A stretch of 64,000 bases of DNA. It comes from Babesia bigemina (lineage: Eukaryota). Position 1 is the stretch's first letter. Every line of letters starts with the position of its first letter. Shown piece by piece: positions 1-10,500 of this stretch. Below the pieces are notes generated by a model, which had not been told where the DNA came from, searched no databases, and saw nothing but the letters and a program-made list of their open reading frames with translations. The translations under genes and the position numbers were made by a program. Location: contig NC_027217.1 in NCBI RefSeq assembly GCF_000981445.1, positions 2,170,001-2,234,000 on the forward strand, in the 5' to 3' direction.

Positions 1-199
1 AACATATTTCAAATATAAGTCCTGGTATGCTGCACATCTATAAACAAATTATGGAAAAAATAGCCCCCAGGAGTCTGACACAGCGGCACTACACTAAACG
101 ACACACATGGTAGAATCATGGACTGCATACCTCTAAGCGATGCCATTTTTGACAAAACGATGTAATACATGGCTCTTTTCAAGACAGGCAATAAGCCGT

Positions 200-2110
200 C
201 TAAGCGGCTCTTTGACTAGCCTGGTTCCATTTACCACAACTCTAATACACGGTGAACGTACATAGTAACCACGTGCGTTACCAAATCAAATTATGCGCAT
301 AATGATCATTACATTGCGCTATAATACGTATCCAAGTAAACATCTACATATTATGTTACTCCAATTTACCAGACTGACTGTGACGTTAGAATGCAGAGGC
401 GTGTGGCAACGTGTCCAATCGTACCAGATGGTCACTTCATTGAACTGCACCATGTCATCTCCATAGATGTTGTAAACGACAACAAATTTAGCGTTTGTTA
501 TGCAATCGTTTTTATATTATTCTAAACCTCATGAAATGCTGTGAAATGCTCGCACGTATTATCTCGACATTTGCGCCGAATGGTTTGACTTCAACTCATC
601 CAACTGAAAGACACGTCACTCGCACCACGCATTCCATGTCATTATTCATTGGCGAATATCCAAAAAAGCGACTCTGTTAACATCAGCTGAGGTAAAGATG
701 CTCGGGAATGCAATTTTACAACGTGACACCTTATATAGCATAGATCAAAATCTTCGTTATATGGGACTTGTGTCGAGGGTGATAATGCAGCACAGATGTC
801 ATAGAATCCAATAACTTCCCCGCCTCTACGTATCCGGATTTTTACAAGTTGAACATGGCGTAAAATACTAGTTGGTGTATCTCTAATTCACACATTGTAT
901 TCTAACCATGATAATTCTGAGCGTCCCACTTTATAGCTTGAACAGTTGCGTCTCTCGCAATGCTAGCGCAATTTCTACACAGTTTTAATGCCATGCGTCT
1001 AACACGCCGACGCACTTAACACACCAGCACTGTTGAGATGTGCCCACTTTTTAAATGCACTTGTCAGTACACTCTCGTTACTGACAAATATACCGCCATA
1101 GATACGTTTGTGATCATGCAAACTTGATAAAACTCTCTTGCGCAAACGTGGCTTCAACCATTATTGCTGCTGCTTCGCCATGCAACTCAATTAGAGATGT
1201 AATGACGGATTGAATTATCGGAGATAGTAAAAGTTATGGCCACAGATACAACCCTAAATGGTGAATACTGATATTATTATAAAGTCGCGAAACAATGTTA
1301 CATTGGCAGCCAACTCGTGGTCATATGTGCAATAGTTTAAGGCATGTTGGTGAATAATGCTTATGTAAGCTACAGAGCGCGATTATTGCGTTATTTGTTG
1401 TCGATTTTCATGCAACCAAGCTCCTCTGTTCACCTGGTCTATAGTGATTACGACAGCAAAAAGCAGTTGGTGAACTAAAGTGAAGTAATTCTGATGGCAA
1501 ATAAATAAAGGATAATCTTGAGTCTCTATAAAACGAATAAATTGAGAAAAGGCGGCGGCATACAGTATTGAACAACAAATGAGCCGCAGTGTTATAATGA
1601 AGCTTGGTAAGTGCCTGTGAAAGTAAATCCCGTCAAGAACCCTTGTGTTGTTCCGTCTGGGAAGGCGACTGCACATTGCCCGACGCTACAACAACAAACA
1701 CCGTTGATAACATCTTGTTCATATTTTACCATAATTGCAGTATTCTATGCGGTAGCTCCGTCGGTGGTACTGTCATGCAAATGGTACCTTGTACACCCCG
1801 CGCCCAGATTGCGATATTGCGCAACGGAAGCTATGATTTCGAATGATGTTTAAGGCATAATGTCACATTAACTATTGTGTAGGATGAATAACTCAGCTAC
1901 ATACTAAATGCAACAGTCTGTTGGAGCCACACTTAACCTTAGTGAAAGGCGCCAACAGGCTACGAGAAACATGACGGATGCAATACAAACCGTCGAAGTT
2001 AATAGTTCAAGTAAGTACGTTGCTGCATACTTATATTGTTATAACTAACGTACCCCATTCGCCAAGCTTCATCACGTTCCTGGTAGATATTTCATGTCAG
2101 TGCAGGTCCG
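200..2110 (+). repeat. Diverged direct duplication, unit 1 (non-coding spacer of the microprotein cassette); partner ~5990-7725
   Basis: Colinear matching blocks: GTGGCAACGTG.CCAAT at ~403 and ~6201; AAAATACTAGTTG at ~862 and ~6527; CACATTGCCC.ACGC at ~1672 and ~7286; AACGGAAGCTA.GATT at ~1823 and ~7437; AATGCAACAGT at ~1907 and ~7521. Confidence 0.8.
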
Positions 2111-2368
2111 TCTGCAGCCAGTAAAGAAAATTTAATCTCTGGTATTCTGCTTGCGCTGGTAGCGTTCTGGTTCCAATTGAAAAAAGGTTGGGATGAAGTT
2201 TGGAAAGTTCTGTCACTGGAGCACTGCCCATTATGTGTTAAACCGCATTGCGGGAAGTATTGCGTCTATGTTATCAGTATTTGCCTCATACTCTTCATTG
2301 GCTTACTGTATTACGTGCTATGTAATCCGTTGCGATTCTTCAAGGGCATTTTTTGTTGCTTCTTCTGA
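1971..2368 (+). CDS. Cys-rich membrane microprotein, family copy A (predicted 2 exons: 1971-2010, 2106-2368; ~100 aa)
   Basis: The 3' part (..HCPLCVKPHCGKYCVYVISICLILFIGLLYYVLCNPLRFFKGIFCCFF*) resembles the ORFs at 5628 and 7735. There is no in-frame ATG in the terminal exon, but ATG 1971 with donor GTAAGT (2011) and acceptor TGCAG (2105) joins in phase 1. The join adds a second hydrophobic stretch (LISGILLALVAFWFQL). It may instead be a pseudogene. Confidence 0.55.
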
Positions 2369-3035
2369 TCCAAGCCTGTAATCGCATACCCCTATGAACT
2401 GCAAGAATCTCACGTAGCCATTCTGTACCACGCTACATCCAGCCCCAAGTTGTTAGCGTTTCTACGAATGATAATCGTTCGTGTAACACATGAACGGTAG
2501 GAGTTTTTTTGAGACACTCCGAAATAGTGACGCCCATGGTTGCCATACAGTTCGTGTTTTACTTTAATGACAGACGCAGTGCGTTTCACGAATTGACAGG
2601 CCGTTTATGATCTTGTACATACCTGTGATAGGTGTAAATGCTGCGGAAAGGCAGGTTCATCGCATTAATACAAACACATTGCCTTATAACCACCGATACG
2701 CCTAGATTAGGCAACGTACTTGCTGTGTAACTCGGGCATAATTGTATAGATGTCGTAATTCCTGGTGAGCATAGGTGAAAGATGTAATGGCCTCTTATGT
2801 TTCTTGGAAGTCGGCACAGTGGCGCTTGGACGGTTAGATCTGAAATATTTACGCAACAACGCTACAATCTTCCCTTTGCTAGGGTTCATTGATGGTTGTA
2901 ATGCGTATGCGCGAGCGACAGGCAATATTGTTGTGATGTGTAGGGGCAGTCGAGTCGTTGAGTGTCTTCTCGATGTTTCGTTAAAGGAACCATTTTTGTA
3001 AGGGCATACGATGGCATCATATAATCTAGAATAAG

Positions 3036-3669
3036 ATGTACTTTGTAGTCGAACAATGGAAGATTATAAATGTGAAGCCGTCGCAGTTGGGTCCAAGCTA
3101 CCAGCAGAACATCGAGGAGATGCTGCGGAATCAGGTCGAAGGCCACTGTAGTTCGAAATACGGTTATGTTGTCTGTGTCATCCGCATAATTAAGAACGAA
3201 ATCGGCCGTGTCCAGGATGGCACAGGCATGATCGTGGTGAATGTGAAATACCAGGCCATCGTTTTTAAGCCCTTTAACGACGAGGTAGGTTGTTAAGTAG
3301 GTTTTATTAACCAGTGTGTTTGTCGTGTAAATTACACATTCGCCGATGAGTGATGAGCTGTATGAGACAGAGCACTTCATTGTGTCACAGGTCCTAGACG
3401 CGATAGTGACGGACGTGAACAAGCTTGGCTTTTTTGCGCAAGCTGGGCCACTTAAGGCATTCGTATCGCGCACTGCCATTCAACCGAGCTTCGTATACGA
3501 CAACGACGCGGCGAATCCGTGCTACTCTGACGGGACGATCAGCATAAAGCCGCAGACTGAAGTTCGTATGCGGATTCAGGGTATACGCTACGACAATTCT
3601 AACATGTTCGCAATCGCAACGGTGAACGCGGATTATTTGGGAGCGTTCGAAAATTACTCTAATGTGTGA
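3036..3669 (+). CDS. RPB7: RNA polymerase II subunit RPB7 (exons 3036-3284, 3391-3669)
   Basis: Motifs 'VEGHCSSKYGYVVCV', 'YQAIVFKPFNDE|VLDAIVTDVNKLGFFAQAGPL' and 'FAIATVNADYLG'. GT..AG intron 3285-3390 joins two ORF-track pieces in frame. Confidence 0.95.
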
Positions 3670-4081
3670 TGGGCTTGTGGCCGTTTCTTCCCAACTTCAG
3701 TCACGGCGTGGAGGCATATTACTTTTGTCGCACGATATCGCAACGTAATTTAGCACGATGAATTTAGATGGTATTTTCGGCGTGCCGAGTCCTATAAGCG
3801 CTTCTATAAGGAATTGGCACGGTTATACTCACCGTTCTGGACGTGGTTCTCGGAGGCATACACATTTAGCTGCTCCGGTATGACACATTTCTGCACTGAA
3901 TGTGGTGCATATCGGTTATTTAGTGCGATATAACGAGGTAGACTTCCATCGTATGCTTCGGCGCTACACCTACCCTTTGAAGGTGTTTATAGACAGCGAG
4001 ATTCCGTCATACCTTTACGTAAATGTTTAATGCACGTTGCAGCGCAGCTATGTTATGTTGTCTTGTGTCCTGAGATATCGT

Positions 4082-4684
4082 ATGCTGCCCCGGATTCTTT
4101 TCCTGGTCTCCTTGCGGATCACTTCCACACTGAGGTATTCTCGGCTAATAGAGCGTTGGACAGGTTCTCACCTCACTCCACAGCGACCAGAGAGCGGCAA
4201 TAAAATGATTGGTAGAACGCTTCCAAGTGACGTATTAGATTCGAGGCTGCTAACGGATGATGGAGGTGAGACTACGCTTCGCTCGATTCTATCAGACTTG
4301 CCCAGCGATCGCAAAGGCTTGGTTATGTTTTTATTCCCTAGCATAGACACACCGTTTTGCACCGCACAGGCATGTGCCTTCAGCTCGTCTACCGAATTAT
4401 TCCAGTCCCTTGGGTACCAAGTCTACGGATTGACGCGAGTGTCAGGACGCTCGACTGCGGATTGGATAAAAAGACATGAACTAAACTTCGCCATCCTTAT
4501 GGATCCGGATTGGACCGTCATTAAATACTTCAGGTGTACTTGGATGTATTTCTTGATTAATAGGTCACATGCGATCATTAGGCGTGATGGCAAGGTTTTG
4601 GCGTTGGAACGAGGTGTCCCCGCTCATCAGTCCGCGTCAAGAGTGCTTGAAATAATCAAGGCGTTACCATCAACTGATAGATGA
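4082..4684 (+). CDS. Peroxiredoxin, BCP/PrxQ-type (AhpC/TSA family), with N-terminal extension
   Basis: PxxxTxxC motif with a CxxxxC resolving Cys ('FPSIDTPFCTAQACAF') and the conserved Arg in 'INRSHAII'. The start codon is uncertain. Confidence 0.85.
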   Translation: MLPRILFLVSLRITSTLRYSRLIERWTGSHLTPQRPESGNKMIGRTLPSDVLDSRLLTDDGGETTLRSILSDLPSDRKGLVMFLFPSIDTPFCTAQACAFSSSTELFQSLGYQVYGLTRVSGRSTADWIKRHELNFAILMDPDWTVIKYFRCTWMYFLINRSHAIIRRDGKVLALERGVPAHQSASRVLEIIKALPSTDR

Positions 4685-5627
4685 AGGTGTTTATTTGTGC
4701 CAATAGATAAGTGCACTATGGATATGCTGATGCTCACTTGCCAGCATCTGTATGTGCAATGCTCCACTAAATTGCGAACGCTGGTGACGGAAAGCAGATT
4801 CCATAATCACGAGGGGAAAGCAGCATCGCTACACCCAATAATATCCGAAACAGTGATAACGTCAGATGCAGTTATGGGTAACTGTGAGCGACTATAGCAT
4901 ACGTGACGCAGATCTGCCATCTTGAGGCGCGGCAAACGACACAGCCCCTTCACCGTGTCCTCTGGGGTAGTTGTGATCATGGACACCTGAGTCATCAGGG
5001 TCTTCGCAAGAAGGCTGTGGATCGGACGAAATTGCAGAATGGTACGACTACCACAATCAGCTGTATCGATATTTGAATGCCAGTAATGCAAGCCCCAAAC
5101 AATGAGACAACAGATTGTCGTACCACCCGGCTCAAAGTGATGCGAATGGCTCATTGAGACGAATGTTTCGCATCATTTAATGAGGCAGTTAGGAACTCTT
5201 GGCGAATTGGTAGGCGGCGGGTAAGTCCTACAATGCGAAGCCCAGATGGCAACGGTTTCTAAACTGCTTCCGTAGGCTCAACTGCATTCCACCGAAATGC
5301 AGCAGTTAATGAGAACTGCGACATCACATAATAATTACTAAATCTTTGTTATTGCATTATGAACAGCGGCAATCATCCGATCAATCGTGGAAACAGAACA
5401 GCAATGCTGCATGCATAGGCGAAAACATGTCAAGCAGCGGTTATGTGCGTCGGCGCCACATAAAGATCGCCGCAACTTTTTTATAGAAACTGCAGAAGAA
5501 AATATGCGATAAACAAAGAAGAATCATTTATATATGGCCATGACATGAAGCGGTTTCAAAGCTGTGTTGGGCAAGTGAGATTTAGATAATATTAAGGTTT
5601 GTAGGACTATGAGGTGGTAGACAACGT

Positions 5628-5813
5628 TTAGAAGATGAAGCAGAGCACCTTCTTGATACAGCACAACGGACCCCGTAAAAATTTATATAATACGATGAGA
5701 AGTATTATCAATACGCCACCTATTATATACCAGCAACCATTTTTGCACTTTCCGCTGCCATTAGTACATAATGGGCACCATTGCGGTAGCATAAAGTCCA
5801 AGGAACTGCCCAT
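5628..5813 (-). CDS. Cys-rich single-TM microprotein, family copy B (61 aa)
   Basis: MGSSLDFMLPQWCPLC...CKNGCWYIIGGVLIILLIVLYKFLRGPLCCIKKVLCFIF. The last 17 aa are identical to copy C with only synonymous nucleotide differences. Candidate 5'-UTR intron 5825-5870. Confidence 0.8.
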   Translation of the reverse strand: MGSSLDFMLPQWCPLCTNGSGKCKNGCWYIIGGVLIILLIVLYKFLRGPLCCIKKVLCFIF

Positions 5814-5989
5814 TTCAATTACAACTGCGCAGATGTGAACAACGTATCCGAAGCAGAAGATAATGGCTACCTGTTGTCCAATCTACGTTACCAAGCCACT
5901 AACGCAAGTCATTGTTCAGCAATGTTTTAGCCACATGGAACTTAACATTTTTAAAATTGGGCACAGAAACCCTATTTAGTTACATACAA

Positions 5990-7725
5990 GAGCCGTACCT
6001 TTTGACTTGATAATACGCGGTTGCAGATCTCAACTGACACACCATTACATGCATTGATGAGACGTGTTACCTACATATTGACGATTTAATCACGCTCAAT
6101 GATGCCTCATCCGAAAAACAAAGTCGTCACATACATTTAAGATGGCGTCACTGCGCTAATGCCTCTGCTGTAGCACTATCACGTTAGTATGTAGACTCTT
6201 GTGGCAACGTGCCCAATTTTACCAAAAGCTAACTTCATGAAACGACATAATGTCATGTCAATATATGTCAGCAACATAAACGCAATTAGCCTTTTCTATG
6301 AAATCGTTTTTGCATAATTCCAAACATAGTATGAGATGGTGCGACGGGTTAGTAGTTCTTAGTTCGATATTTGCAATGCATGTTGCGACTATAGATTTGC
6401 CGCACAACGTACACGGCTTACACAGATCTAAGTTTCTATTAATTGCTTCTCCATCTGTTCAATTCCGTGATACACGGGGGAATAACAACAGGACCTTGCC
6501 TGACATACACAGAGTAAGTATGACTTAAAATACTAGTTGATATGCAGTTTTACTCACAAATGGTGCCTTAATGATTGATGTGGTTAATATATAATTAGAT
6601 AGCGCGATAATTCGCAATTTATTCAATTTGAGGGTTCTTGTCACGCCACATCATAAAATATTTTCTGTCACATTGGCAGGGCAGCGCTAGCAATATTCGA
6701 GTCTATCTCATTAAATTATCAACGTTAGCAAACATGATGCTGACCCGACATTCATCAGACGCTAATGATGTTGTCTAGTGACCTCAAGAGTTACATTTAA
6801 CACGGGTGTGACGAAATCAAAACAGGTAAGTGATGAGCATTTGAGAGGTGTATTGTCTGGACTGATATGCAACTTTGAACACGGAAATGACAAATCGTCA
6901 TACAATATTGTAACCACACGGTGAAGGATTCAAGGGCATCTCTGGAATATCGATGCAGGTAATTGCTCACGTTTTTTTAAATAAGTATTCAACCACGTTC
7001 GCAACGCAACCAATGTTCTCACTTCAGCACATTCTACGACCCCCGAGGTCTATTGCTAACACGCACCGTGCTGGTTGCAACAGACAACGTGATGGAAATG
7101 GCAGCAGACAATCGAGAGCACATATGGAATGTGCAATATTAAGCCCCTGGACAACGCAAAATTAGAACAAAATGGTAACACGGATTATTCAACGAGCAAC
7201 GTTAATGTGGAACGAAGATTCGCAACCTATGTCAGAGCTCAGCGACTGCAGGAGCTCTTGTATTGTTATGGCCGAGAAAGCAATCACACATTGCCCAACG
7301 CAACAAAACAAAAAATGCTCTATTGATTCCGAATCGTTTACTGTTTTAATGGAAGACATCGATAACGTAATTCCGTCGTTATACAAGTCATGCAGGGGGA
7401 CCTACTGCACCTCGCGTCTAGATTAGGACGTGGCGTAACGGAAGCTACGATTCAGTATGCTCCTGATAGTACCACGTGGTATACAGGATGGTGTGGAGCA
7501 AATAACTCCGTTAGACATTGAATGCAACAGTGTCCGGTGAGCCCATGCTTACCCACCGTGTGATGCGTCAACACTCGCTTTCGGAAACCAATGTATATTC
7601 TGCACGAAACCACAAAGCTATCGCTTAAGAATATACATTACTCCACATATAACTCGTGGCAACTAGGGTAGCAAATCCGCCAACTGCTTCCACATTCCAA
7701 GTACGTCGTTCATCGTTGCGCAGGT
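5990..7725 (+). repeat. Diverged direct duplication, unit 2 (spacer between divergent microprotein genes B and C)
   Basis: Colinear with ~200-2110 (see unit 1). Confidence 0.8.
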
Positions 7726-7734
7726 TTTGTTATA

Positions 7735-7929
7735 ATGGGTAATGTTCTGAAGCCTATTTTACCGAAAAATTGTTTGTGTAATAAGGTTACAGGTGGTTCC
7801 GATGATCACTGCAAAAGTGGTTGCCTATATATAATCGGTGCAGCTTTCATAATACTTCTCATCATCGTGTATAGATTTCTACGGGGTCCTTTATGCTGTA
7901 TCAAGAAGGTGCTCTGTTTTATATTCTAA
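7735..7929 (+). CDS. Cys-rich single-TM microprotein, family copy C (64 aa)
   Basis: MGNVLKPILPKNCLC...CKSGCLYIIGAAFIILLIIVYRFLRGPLCCIKKVLCFIF; paralog of copy B. Candidate 5'-UTR intron 7668-7723. Confidence 0.8.
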   Translation: MGNVLKPILPKNCLCNKVTGGSDDHCKSGCLYIIGAAFIILLIIVYRFLRGPLCCIKKVLCFIF

Positions 7930-8374
7930 TGTAAGCGTAACATCGGATACTCCTAACAGCTCGATTGACATAGTCAATCGCAGCCCTCAAACATAGCCTC
8001 CTTTAGCCACGCCACATACCATGGTTTTGTAGTTGCGTCACACGTTCGCCCTGCTGTTCATGGTTTGTGAGGAATAACTTCTTCCGGACGTTTAATATAG
8101 CTGCCTTAACGTATCCTTCAAGCTGACGACAGTGATGTCTGGTGGCTGGGTTCTTATCATGCCTCGTCTGCGCCCTGTCGGCCATGACGTACGATTCCTT
8201 GCACTCGAGTTCGCCAGATGAAATTCGGTCTGATTGCGGTCGTTTTCCACGTATTCACGTGTGGTACCGGTTGCCACGTCGTAGCCTTTTGGTGGCACAA
8301 TCGCATGCATTAATTGACCAAAATTAAAGCTGTTTATGTTACAGGGGGGTTCACGGCGTGCCAGATCCTCATAC

Positions 8375-9050
8375 CTAGTATATGGTAGTCTGACGCATTA
8401 TGCCTATGAAATCATCTTTTGAGATGGCGCCGTCCCTGTCGTTGTCGAACTCGTCGATCATGGCCCTAAGCTCCTCGTCAGAAAGGTTATGCCCGAGCTC
8501 CTTGGATACACGTTTAAGATCCTTAAACGATATTTTGCCTGCGCATTTCTACAGCGCATATTTTTAGCCATACTAACCTTTGTTGTCCTCGTCGAAGAGT
8601 TCAAATGCACGATTGATCTCTTCCATAGGATCTCTTTCCGATATTTTCTTGACCACTGCGGTGAGATGATTGGAGGTAAAATGTTTTTAACGCACTTATT
8701 TCTTTGAATGCTTCGAAGTCGATGTATCCGGTCTCCATGTTATCATATTTCGCCATGAGCTGCAGTACTTCTTGCTTCTTAGCATCGAAGCCTAGAGCGC
8801 GCATAGCCACCTAAAAACGCATTAGTATACACAAATATATAATTTACATGCCACGTATGTAGTTGAACCAAACACTAACCTTCAGCTCGTGGTAGTCGAT
8901 TCTTCCAGTATTGGCCGAGTCGAGAAGGCTGAAGGCCGCCGATATTTCCCTCAGGTGGTCTTCTCTGACCTCAGATCTGCCTCTACGAAATATTTGGCCA
9001 CAGCCAATTTTGCTGGGCACGCTATGGCCTATGTCGTGTCTGGGATACAT
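8375..9050 (-). CDS. Centrin (caltractin), EF-hand protein, ~4 exons
   Basis: '[26 protein letters not shown]', '[20 protein letters not shown]' and '[36 protein letters not shown]'. Intron 8811-8879 plus two ~40-nt introns. Most like the centrin-3/Cdc31 type. Confidence 0.92.
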
Positions 9051-10500
9051 GGTTGCCAGCAGTAGACACACAGTTGATAAATGACCACAGAATTACTGCA
9101 GCGTGAAACACAGCCGCATCGTGCGATTACAGTTAACAAAATACAACAAAAGGACCAGGAATCCCCGATTCTACCGGCCTCGTTACCACAATACCTGTGG
9201 CCACCAGACAGGAATCACACACCATGTGACCGCGCACTATAATACGCGTCCAATTTCCCATTAATCCCATATCGCACTCATTATTTACTGTCATCATAAT
9301 GCGAATATACTGTAGCGCTACAGTGATATTAGAGGTGCAACCTTCAATGAATTTTCCCCGTTGGAATCAACATCGTCGATGTGTGCCGTGACAAAAAATC
9401 GCACACCGAATGGTTACGCTTTCCAATGATACTACATTGTTTAGTTTATGAAAATGTAGAACGTGAACCATTAACCAATGTGCGTTCTCTGGATTGCTGA
9501 GTGAGTGGCGCACATTACAATCTTCGGAGCGCCGTGCGCCAATCACGCTATTGGTATAGACTGCGATATTTGTGTGTTATTTTTGAGCTTGTGTGATAAG
9601 AAGAGTGACCCCGGGAGCGGCTGAGATTTGCTGACTCAGGTCGCTCGTGATATGATACGCCTGTTTCATATAGACGGATTCGAGCGCTTACAAAATCGAT
9701 ACAGAGCAGTGAGATGAACCACTGAAGTAGTTGGTGGTTTGAGTTTCAAACGTTAGACGAGGTAACAAATCTTTAGACAACGCGATGGGTACTGATGGGC
9801 GCGATCATTCGCATCCAACCAACAATTTAGGCTATGCGGCAGCAAATCAAGTGAATCATAATATATGTGATGAGTTGCCGAGTTTTGATGCCCACTGTCA
9901 CTTTTACTGCCTGGTCTTCCTGGGGCCACGGCTCAGAGACGCTCCAGCGCACTCGTTTGCTGGGACCTCCGCGCTCGGCCGTTTAGCTTTATTTACATCA
10001 TTTGAGTGTATAAAAAAGTAGTCATTTCACTCAGTCATAGGCCCGGTTTATTTACCCGGGCGGCATTGTCCATTCGCAGCCCCGTTGGTCGGCCAGGGGT
10101 TCAAATACACACCTTTTCGTCATACCCTGTCGATTCCGGCTCGCGATACAACCTTGTTATGAAACTAATGTGCCACTGGATGTCAGTATAGGTCCAAGGT
10201 AAGCTGTTTTCAGCTGCGCTGTGATTAGAGATCCACGCGAGGATTCAACGGGTAAGTACAACGCAGTGTATGGCTGGCTCCGGGCGACATTGGGTTAAAT
10301 CGTTCGATCAGCTTCACGCTAAAGCGTTTTGGCACCCGTTAGGTGTCTGTCCACTTGACAATTGCAGGGGTCCATAACTACAGCGTAAAGAGCCGAAGCT
10401 CCTTCGGCAATTGGGCGCCAGATATTGGCGCGGGACCATGCGTCCGCATTGGCAGCGCTTTATACACTGAGGTGGTCGTGTTAATTCCAAGGGATCCAAG

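Noticed and set aside
1604..1853. ORFs 1611-1853 and 7172-7426 share 'KAxxHCPTxQ'
   Set aside because: They lie in the duplicated spacer. Similarity is confined to a short nucleotide block, and frames and starts are not conserved.
4807..5154. 115-aa minus-strand ORF
   Set aside because: No motif, paralog or codon bias seen.
9590..9950. Box C/D-like words (GTGATGA at 9867, CTGA at 9722) upstream of the HECT gene
   Set aside because: C and D boxes are not in a consistent order and spacing, and no terminal stem or clear rRNA guide is present.
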